Shown: in pieces, positions 52,901 through 64,000 of the stretch
Position numbering within the stretch: the stretch's first letter is position 1
How the letters are laid out: the number at the start of each line of letters is the position of its first letter
NCBI GenBank assembly: GCA_964057225.1
Contig: OZ059896.1
Coordinates: 23,498,001 to 23,562,000 of the forward strand
Reading direction: 5' to 3'
DNA from: Auanema rhodensis
Taxonomy: Eukaryota > Animalia > Nematoda
Length of the DNA: 64,000 nucleotides
Translations under genes and position numbers: made by a program
The notes under the pieces: generated by a model
Told to the model about the DNA's origin: nothing
Databases searched by the model: none
What the model saw: only the letters and a program-made list of their open reading frames with translations

Positions 52901-55900
52901 AATTAAATGTACACGTGATGTGCACTTGGTATGTAACTCGCTTCACGTGAAAGATAAAGAGATGCGGTTTTCAAAATTAGATTCCCCATGTCCATATTAG
53001 TCTAAAAACAAATTTTTATTGATATTGGTGCATGGTAACCATGACTTTGAAATTTACGTGAACTTTAATTTATGCTAATTAAATGTACACGTGATGTGCA
53101 CTTGGTATGTAACTCGCTTCACGTGAAAGATAAAGAGATGCGGTTTTCAAAATTAGATTCCCCATGTCCATATTAGTCTAAAAACAAATTTTTATTGATA
53201 TTGGTGCATGGTAACCATGACTTTGAAATTTACGTGAACTTTAATTTATGCTAATTAAATGTACACGTGATGTGCACTTGGTATGTAACTCGCTTCACGT
53301 GAAAGATAAAGAGATGCGGTTTTCAAAATTAGATTCCCCATGTCCATATTAGTCTAAAAACAAATTTTTATTGATATTGGTGCATGGTAACCATGACTTT
53401 GAAATTTACGTGAACTTTAATTTATGCTAATTAAATGTACACGTGATGTGCACTTTGTATGTAACTCGCTTCACGTGGAAGATAAAGAGATGCGGTTTTC
53501 AAAATTAGATTCCCCATGTCCATATTAGTCTAAAAACAAATTTTTATTGATATTGGTGCATGGTAACCATGACTTTGAAATTTACGTGAACTTTAATTTA
53601 TGCTAATTAAATGTACACGTGATGTGCACTTGGTATGTAACTCGCTTCACGTGAAAGATAAAGAGATGCGGTTTTCAAAATTAGATTCCCCATGTCCATA
53701 TTAGTCTAAAAACAAATTTTTATTGATATTGGTTCATGGTAACCATGACTTTGAAATTTACGTGAACTTTAATTTATGCTAATTAAATGTACACGTGATG
53801 TGCACTTGGTATGTAACTCGCTTCACGTGAAAGATAAAGAGATGCGGTTTTCAAAATTAGATTCCCCATGTCCATATTAGTCTAAAAACAAATTTTTATT
53901 GATATTGGTGCATGGTAACCATGACTTTGAAATTTACGTGAACTTTAATTTATGCTAATTAAATGTACACGTGATGTGCACTTTGTATGTAACTCGCTTC
54001 ACGTGAAAGATAAAGAGATGCGGTTTTCAAAATTAGATTCCCCATGTCCATATTAGTCTAAAAACAAATTTTTATTGATATTGGTGCATGGTAACCATGA
54101 CTTTGAAATTTACGTGAACTTTAATTTATGCTAATTAAATGTACACGTGATGTGCACTTGGTATGTAACTCGCTTCACGTGAAAGATAAAGAGATGCGGT
54201 TTTCAAAATTAGATTCCCCATGTCATATTAGTCTAAAAACAAATTTTTATTGATATTGGTGCATGGTAACCATGACTTTGAAATTTACGTGAACTTTAAT
54301 TTATGCTAATTAAATGTACACGTGATGTGCACTTTGTATGTAACTCGCTTCACGTGAAAGATAAAGAGATGCGGTTTTCAAAATTAGATTCCCCATGTCC
54401 ATATTAGTCTAAAAACAATTTTTATTGATATTGGTGCATGGTAACCATGACTTTGAAATTTACGTGAACTTTAATTTATGCTAATTAAATGTACACGTGA
54501 TGTGCACTTGGTATGTAACTCGCTTCACGTGAAAGATAAAGAGATGCGGTTTTCAAAATTAGATTCCCATGTCCATATTAGTCTAAAAACAAATTTTTAT
54601 TGATATTGGTGCATGGTAACCATGACTTTGAAATTTACGTGAACTTTAATTTATGCTAATTAAATGTACACGTGATGTGCACTTGGTATGTAACTCGCTT
54701 CACGTGAAAGATAAAGAGATGCGGTTTTCAAAATTAGATTCCCCATGTCCATATTAGTCTAAAAACAAATTTTTATTGATATTGGTTCATGGTAACCATG
54801 ACTTTGAAATTTACGTGAACTTTAATTTATGCTAATTAAATGTACACGTGATGTGCACTTGGTATGTAACTCGCTTCACGTGAAAGATAAAGAGATGCGG
54901 TTTTCAAAATTAGATTCCCCATGTCCATATTAGTCTAAAAACAAATTTTTATTGATATTGGTTCATGGTAACCATGACTTTGAAATTTACGTGAACTTTA
55001 ATTTATGCTAATTAAATGTACACGTGATGTGCACTTGGTATGTAACTCGCTTCACGTGAAAGATAAAGAGATGCGGTTTTCAAAATTAGATTCCCCATGT
55101 CCATATTAGTCTAAAAACAAATTTTTATTGATATTGGTTCATGGTAACCATGACTTTGAAATTTACGTGAACTTTAATTTATGCTAATTAAATGTACACG
55201 TGATGTGCACTTGGTATGTAACTCGCTTCACGTGAAAGATAAAGAGATGCGGTTTTCAAAATTAGATTCCCCATGTCCATATTAGTCTAAAAACAAATTT
55301 TTATTGATATTGGTGCATGGTAACCATGACTTTGAAATTTACGTGAACTTTAATTTATGCTAATTAAATGTACACGTGATGTGCACTTGGTATGTAACTC
55401 GCTTCACGTGAAAGATAAAGAGATGCGGTTTTCAAAATTAGATTCCCCATGTCCATATTAGTCTAAAAACAAATTTTTATTGATATTGGTGCATGGTAAC
55501 CATGACTTTGAAATTTACGTGAACTTTAATTTATGCTAATTAAATGTACACGTGATGTGCACTTGGTATGTAACTCGCTTCACGTGAAAGATAAAGAGAT
55601 GCGGTTTTCAAAATTAGATTCCCCATGTCCATATTAGTCTAAAAACAAATTTTTATTGATATTGGTGCATGGTAACCATGACTTTGAAATTTACGTGAAC
55701 TTTAATTTATGCTAATTAAATGTACACGTGATGTGCACTTTGTATGTAACTCGCTTCACGTGAAAGATAAAGAGATGCGGTTTTCAAAATTAGATTCCCC
55801 ATGTCCATATTAGTCTAAAAACAAATTTTTATTGATATTGGTGCATGGTAACCATGACTTTGAAATTTACGTGAACTTTAATTTATGCTAATTAAATGTA

Positions 55901-58900
55901 CACGTGATGTGCACTTGGTATGTAACTCGCTTCACGTGAAAGATAAAGAGATGCGGTTTTCAAAATTAGATTCCCCATGTCCATATTAGTCTAAAAACAA
56001 ATTTTTATTGATATTGGTGCATGGTAACCATGACTTTGAAATTTACGTGAACTTTAATTTATGCTAATTAAATGTACACGTGATGTGCACTTGGTATGTA
56101 ACTCGCTTCACGTGAAAGATAAAGAGATGCGGTTTTCAAAATTAGATTCCCCATGTCCATATTAGTCTAAAAACAAATTTTTATTGATATTGGTTCATGG
56201 TAACCATGACTTTGAAATTTACGTGAACTTTAATTTATGCTAATTAAATGTACACGTGATGTGCACTTGGTATGTAACTCGCTTCACGTGAAAGATAAAG
56301 AGATGCGGTTTTCAAAATTAGATTCCCCATGTCCATATTAGTCTAAAAACAAATTTTTATTGATATTGGTGCATGGTAACCATGACTTTGAAATTTACGT
56401 GAACTTTAATTTATGCTAATTAAATGTACACGTGATGTGCACTTGGTATGTAACTCGCTTCACGTGAAAGATAAAGAGATGCGGTTTTCAAAATTAGATT
56501 CCCCATGTCCATATTAGTCTAAAAACAAATTTTTATTGATATTGGTGCATGGTAACCATGACTTTGAAATTTACGTGAACTTTAATTTATGCTAATTAAA
56601 TGTACACGTGATGTGCACTTTGTATGTAACTCGCTTCACGTGAAAGATAAAGAGATGCGGTTTTCAAAATTAGATTCCCCATGTCCATATTAGTCTAAAA
56701 ACAAATTTTTATTGCTATTGGTTCATGGTAACCATGACTTTGAAATTTACGTGAACTTTAATTTATGCTAATTAAATGTACACGTGATGTGCACTTGGTA
56801 TGTAACTCGCTTCACGTGAAAGATAAAGAGATGCGGTTTTCAAAATTAGATTCCCCATGTCCATATTAGTCTAAAAACAAATTTTTATTGATATTGGTTC
56901 ATGGTAACCATGACTTTGAAATTTACGTGAACTTTAATTTATGCTAATTAATGTACACGTGATGTGCACTTGGTATGTAACTCGCTTCACGTGAAAGATA
57001 AAGAGATGCGGTTTTCAAATTAGATTCCCCATGTCCATATTAGTCTAAAAACAAATTTTTATTGATATTGGCGCATGGTAACCATGACTTTGAAATTTAC
57101 GTGAACTTTAATTTATGCTAATTAAATGTACACGTGATGTGCACTTGGTATGTAACTCGCTTCACGTGAAAGATAAAGAGATGCGGTTTTCAAAATTAGA
57201 TTCCCCATGTCCATATTAGTCTAAAAACAAATTTTTATTGATATTGGTGCATGGTAACCATGACTTTGAAATTTACGTGAACTTTAATTTATGCTAATTA
57301 AATGTACACGTGATGTGCACTTGGTATGTAACTCGCTTCACGTGAAAGATAAAGAGATGCGGTTTTCAAAATTAGATTCCCCATGTCCATATTAGTCTAA
57401 AAACAAATTTTTATTGATATTGGTGCATGGTAACCATGACTTTGAAATTTACGTGAACTTTAATTTATGCTAATTAAATGTACACGTGATGTGCACTTTG
57501 TATGTAACTCGCTTCACGTGAAAGATAAAGAGATGCGGTTTTCAAAATTAGATTCCCCATGTCCATATTAGTCTAAAAACAAATTTTTATTGATATTGGT
57601 GCATGGTAACCATGACTTTGAAATTTACGTGAACTTTAATTTATGCTAATTAAATGTACACGTGATGTGCACTTGGTATGTAACTCGCTTCACGTGAAAG
57701 ATAAAGAGATGCGGTTTTCAAAATTAGATTCCCCATGTCCATATTAGTCTAAAAACAAATTTTTATTGATATTGGTGCATGGTAACCATGACTTTGAAAT
57801 TTACGTGAACTTTAATTTATGCTAATTAAATGTACACGTGATGTGCACTTGGTATGTAACTCGCTTCACGTGAAAGATAAAGAGATGCGGTTTTCAAAAT
57901 TAGATTCCCCATGTCCATATTAGTCTAAAAACAAATTTTTATTGATATTGGTTCATGGTAACCATGACTTTGAAATTTACGTGAACTTTAATTTATGCTA
58001 ATTAAATGTACACGTGATGTGCACTTGGTATGTAACTCGCTTCACGTGAAAGATAAAGAGATGCGGTTTTCAAAATTAGATTCCCCATGTCCATATTAGT
58101 CTAAAAACAAATTTTTATTGATATTGGTTCATGGTAACCATGACTTTGAAATTTACGTGAACTTTAATTTATGCTAATTAAATGTACACGTGATGTGCAC
58201 TTGGTATGTAACTCGCTTCACGTGAAAGATAAAGAGATGCGGTTTTCAAAATTAGATTCCCCATGTCCATATTAGTCTAAAAACAAATTTTTATTGATAT
58301 TGGTGCATGGTAACCATGACTTTGAAATTTACGTGAACTTTAATTTATGCTAATTAAATGTACACGTGATGTGCACTTGGTATGTAACTCGCTTCACGTG
58401 AAAGATAAAGAGATGAGGTTTTCAAAATTAGATTCCCCATGTCCATATTAGTCTAAAAACAAATTTTTATTGATATTGGTTCATGGTAACCATGACTTTG
58501 AAATTTACGTGAACTTTAATTTATGCTAATTAAATGTACACGTGATGTGCACTTGGTATGTAACTCGCTTCACGTGAAAGATAAAGAGATGCGGTTTTCA
58601 AAATTAGATTCCCCATGTCCATATTAGTCTAAAAACAAATTTTTATTGATATTGCTTCATGGTAACCATGACTTTGAAATTTACGTGAACTTTAATTTAT
58701 GCTAATTAAATGTACACGTGATGTGCACTTGGTATGTAACTCGCTTCACGTGAAAGATAAAGAGATACGGTTTTCAAAATTAGATTCCCCATGTCCATAT
58801 TAGTCTAAAAACAAATTTTTATTGATATTGGTTCATGGTAACCATGACTTTGAAATTTACGTGAACTTTAATTTATGCTAATTAAATGTACACGTGATGT

Positions 58901-61900
58901 GCACTTGGTATGTAACTCGCTTCACGTGAAAGATAAAGAGATGCGGTTTTCAAAATTAGATTCCCCATGTCCATATTAGTCTAAAAACAAATTTTTATTG
59001 ATATTGGTGCATGGTAACCATGACTTTGAAATTTACGTGAACTTTAATTTATGCTAATTAAATGTACACGTGATGTGCACTTGGTATCTAACTCGCTTCA
59101 CGTGAAAGATAAAGAGATACGGTTTTCAAAATTAGATTCCCCATGTCCATATTAGTCTAAAAACAAATTTTTATTGATATTGGTTCATGGTAACCATGAC
59201 TTTGAAATTTACGTGAACTTTAATTTATGCTAATTAAATGTACACGTGATGTGCACTTGGTATGTAACTCGCTTCACGTGAAAGATAAAGAGATACGGTT
59301 TTCAAAATTAGATTCCCCATGTCCATATTAGTCTAAAAACAAATTTTTATTGATATTGGTGCATGGTAACCATGACTTTGAAATTTACGTGAACTTTAAT
59401 TTATGCTAATTAAATGTACACGTGATGTGCACTTGGTATGTAACTCGCTTCACGTGAAAGATAAAGAGATACGGTTTTCAAAATTAGATTCCCCATGTCC
59501 ATATTAGTCTAAAAACAAATTTTTATTGATATTGGTTCATGGTAACCATGACTTTGAAATTTACGTGAACTTTAATTTATGCTAATTAAATGTACACGTG
59601 ATGTGCACTTGGTATGTAACTCGCTTCACGTGAAAGATAAAGAGATGCGGTTTTCAAAATTAGATTCCCCATGTCCATATTAGTCTAAAAACAAATTTTT
59701 ATTGATATTGGTGCATGGTAACCATGACTTTGAAATTTACGTGAACTTTAATTTATGCTAATTAAATGTACACGTGATGTGCACTTGGTATGTAACTCGC
59801 TTCACGTGAAAGATAAAGAGATGCGGTTTTCAAAATTAGATTCCCCATGTCCATATTAGTCTAAAAACAAATTTTTATTGATATTGGTGCATGGTAACCA
59901 TGACTTTGAAATTTACGTGAACTTTAATTTATGCTAATTAAATGTACACGTGATGTGCACTTGGTATGTAACTCGCTTCACGTGAAAGATAAAGAGATGC
60001 GGTTTTCAAAATTAGATTCCCCATGTCCATATTAGTCTAAAAACAAATTTTTATTGATATTGGTGCATGGTAACCATGACTTTGAAATTTACGTGAACTT
60101 TAATTTATGCTAATTAAATGTACACGTGATGTGCACTTGGTATGTAACTCGCTTCACGTGAAAGATAAAGAGATACGGTTTTCAAAATTAGATTCCCCAT
60201 GTCCATATTAGTCTAAAAACAAATTTTTATTGATATTGGTTCATGGTAACCATGACTTTGAAATTTACGTGAACTTTAATTTATGCTAATTAAATGTACA
60301 CGTGATGTGCACTTGGTATGTAACTCGCTTCACGTGAAAGATAAAGAGATACGGTTTTCAAAATTAGATTCCCCATGTCCATATTAGTCTAAAAACAAAT
60401 TTTTATTGATATTGGTGCATGGTAACCATGACTTTGAAATTTACGTGAACTTTAATTTATGCTAATTAAATGTACACGTGATGTGCACTTGGTATGTAAC
60501 TCGCTTCACGTGAAAGATAAAGAGATACGGTTTTCAAAATTAGATTCCCCATGTCCATATTAGTCTAAAAACAAATTTTTATTGATATTGGTTCATGGTA
60601 ACCATGACTTTGAAATTTACGTGAACTTTAATTTATGCTAATTAAATGTACACGTGATGTGCACTTGGTATGTAACTCGCTTCACGTGAAAGATAAAGAG
60701 ATGCGGTTTTCAAAATTAGATTCCCCATGTCCATATTAGTCTAAAAACAAATTTTTATTGATATTGGTGCATGGTAACCATGACTTTGAAATTTACGTGA
60801 ACTTTAATTTATGCTAATTAAATGTACACGTGATGTGCACTTGGTATGTAACTCGCTTCACGTGAAAGATAAAGAGATGCGGTTTTCAAAATTAGATTCC
60901 CCATGTCCATATTAGTCTAAAAACAAATTTTTATTGATATTGGTGCATGGTAACCATGACTTTGAAATTTACGTGAACTTTAATTTATGCTAATTAAATG
61001 TACACGTGATGTGCACTTGGTATGTAACTCGCTTCACGTGAAAGATAAAGAGATGCGGTTTTCAAAATTAGATTCCCCATGTCCATATTAGTCTAAAAAC
61101 AAATTTTTATTGATATTGGTGCATGGTAACCATGACTTTGAAATTTACGTGAACTTTAATTTATGCTAATTAAATGTACACGTGATGTGCACTTGGTATG
61201 TAACTCGCTTCACGTGAAAGATAAAGAGATGCGGTTTTCAAAATTAGATTCCCCATGTCCATATTAGTCTAAAAACAAATTTTTATTGATATTGGTTCAT
61301 GGTAACCATGACTTTGAAATTTACGTGAACTTTAATTTATGCTAATTAAATGTACACGTGATGTGCACTTGGTATGTAACTCGCTTCACGTGAAAGATAA
61401 AGAGATGCGGTTTTCAAAATTAGATTCCCCATGTCCATATTAGTCTAAAAACAAATTTTTATTGATATTGGTTCATGGTAACCATGACTTTGAAATTTAC
61501 GTGAACTTTAATTTATGCTAATTAAATGTACACGTGATGTGCACTTGGTATGTAACTCGCTTCACGTGAAAGATAAAGAGATGCGGTTTTCAAAATTAGA
61601 TTCCCCATGTCCATATTAGTCTAAAAACAAATTTTTATTGATATTGGTGCATGGTAACCATGACTTTGAAATTTACGTGAACTTTAATTTATGCTAATTA
61701 AATGTACACGTGATGTGCACTTGGTATGTAACTCGCTTCACGTGAAAGATAAAGAGATGCGGTTTTCAAAATTAGATTCCCCATGTCCATATTAGTCTAA
61801 AAACAAATTTTTATTGATATTGGTGCATGGTAACCATGACTTTGAAATTTACGTGAACTTTAATTTATGCTAATTAAATGTACACGTGATGTGCACTTGG

Positions 61901-64000
61901 TATGTAACTCGCTTCACGTGAAAGATAAAGAGATACGGTTTTCAAAATTAGATTCCCCATGTCCATATTAGTCTAAAAACAAATTTTTATTGATATTGGT
62001 TCATGGTAACCATGACTTTGAAATTTACGTGAACTTTAATTTATGCTAATTAAATGTACACGTGATGTGCACTTGGTATGTAACTCGCTTCACGTGAAAG
62101 ATAAAGAGATACGGTTTTCAAAATTAGATTCCCCATGTCCATATTAGTCTAAAAACAAATTTTTATTGATATTGGTGCATGGTAACCATGACTTTGAAAT
62201 TTACGTGAACTTTAATTTATGCACATACCATGTACACGTGATGTGCACTTGGTATGTAACTCGCTTCACGTGAAAGATAAAGAGATACGGTTTTCAAAAT
62301 TAGATTCCCCATGTCCATATTAGTCTAAAAACAAATTTTTATTGATATTGGTTCATGGTAACCATGACTTTGAAATTTACGTGAACTTTAATTTATGCTA
62401 ATTAAATGTACACGTGATGTGCACTTGGTATGTAACTCGCTTCACGTGAAAGATAAAGAGATGCGGTTTTCAAAATTAGATTCCCCATGTCCATATTAGT
62501 CTAAAAACAAATTTTTATTGATATTGGTGCATGGTAACCATGACTTTGAAATTTACGTGAACTTTAATTTATGCTAATTAAATGTACACGTGATGTGCAC
62601 TTGGTATGTAACTCGCTTCACGTGAAAGATAAAGAGATGCGGTTTTCAAAATTAGATTCCCCATGTCCATATTAGTCTAAAAACAAATTTTTATTGATAT
62701 TGGTGCATGGTAACCATGACTTTGAAATTTACGTGAACTTTAATTTATGCTAATTAAATGTACACGTGATGTGCACTTGGTATGTAACTCGCTTCACGTG
62801 AAAGATAAAGAGATGCGGTTTTCAAAATTAGATTCCCCATGTCCATATTAGTCTAAAAACAAATTTTTATTGATATTGGTGCATGGTAACCATGACTTTG
62901 AAATTTACGTGAACTTTAATTTATGCTAATTAAATGTACACGTGATGTGCACTTGGTATGTAACTCGCTTCACGTGAAAGATAAAGAGATGCGGTTTTCA
63001 AAATTAGATTCCCCATGTCCATATTAGTCTAAAAACAAATTTTTATTGATATTGGTGCATGGTAACCATGACTTTGAAATTTACGTGAACTTTAATTTAT
63101 GCTAATTAAATGTACACGTGATGTGCACTTGGTATGTAACTCGCTTCACGTGAAAGATAAAGAGATACGGTTTTCAAAATTAGATTCCCCATGTCCATAT
63201 TAGTCTAAAAACAAATTTTTATTGATATTGGTGCATGGTAACCATGACTTTGAAATTTACGTGAACTTTAATTTATGCTAATTAAATGTACACGTGATGT
63301 GCACTTGGTATGTAACTCGCTTCACGTGAAAGATAAAGAGATACGGTTTTCAAAATTAGATTCCCCATGTCCATATTAGTCTAAAAACAAATTTTTATTG
63401 ATATTGGTTCATGGTAACCATGACTTTGAAATTTACGTGAACTTTAATTTATGCTAATTAAATGTACACGTGATGTGCACTTGGTATGTAACTCGCTTCA
63501 CGTGAAAGATAAAGAGATGCGGTTTTCAAAATTAGATTCCCCATGTCCATATTAGTCTAAAAACAAATTTTTATTGATATTGGTGCATGGTAACCATGAC
63601 TTTGAAATTTACGTGAACTTTAATTTATGCTAATTAAATGTACACGTGATGTGCACTTGGTATGTAACTCGCTTCACGTGAAAGATAAAGAGATGCGGTT
63701 TTCAAAATTAGATTCCCCATGTCCATATTAGTCTAAAAACAAATTTTTATTGATATTGGTGCATGGTAACCATGACTTTGAAATTTACGTGAACTTTAAT
63801 TTATGCTAATTAAATGTACACGTGATGTGCACTTGGTATGTAACTCGCTTCACGTGAAAGATAAAGAGATGCGGTTTTCAAAATTAGATTCCCCATGTCC
63901 ATATTAGTCTAAAAACAAATTTTTATTGATATTGGTGCATGGTAACCATGACTTTGAAATTTACGTGAACTTTAATTTATGCTAATTAAATGTACACGTG

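Larger units (their letters stand above)
20186..64000. repeat. 176-bp tandem satellite array, right arm (~249 monomers, same orientation)
   Basis: Resumes at monomer position 20 (TGCACTTGG) at 20186; next monomer starts at 20343; continues to the window end with six single-base deletions. Confidence 0.99.

Overview
This is eukaryotic satellite DNA, not a prokaryotic region. About 59 kb of the window is a head-to-tail array of an AT-rich 176-bp monomer: 88 copies in 1-15503 and about 249 in 20186-64000. The monomers are near-identical and carry nested higher-order duplications. One apparently full-length, intact 4.68-kb non-LTR retrotransposon interrupts the array on the minus strand (15504-20185). 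It is CR1-clade-like (ORF1 plus APE-RT ORF2), with no target-site duplication and a 4-bp target deletion. Hand translation shows ORF2 is open from 18864 to 15997, well upstream of the supplied ORF call, yet has no AUG until after the endonuclease domain. ORF1 ends in-frame with UCC_UUU_CGU_UAA, the influenza PA-X-type +1 frameshift motif, and a +1 slip there enters ORF2 exactly, predicting a 1294-aa ORF1-ORF2 fusion. Other points: a 7x18-bp array at the element's 5' end with related motifs at its 3' end; insertion into the loop of a satellite quasi-palindrome that also shows a template-switch mutation at 62223; and an 11-bp sub-repeat with phased ACGTGA cores in the monomer. The host is probably an invertebrate, possibly a nematode (inference from ORF1 only).
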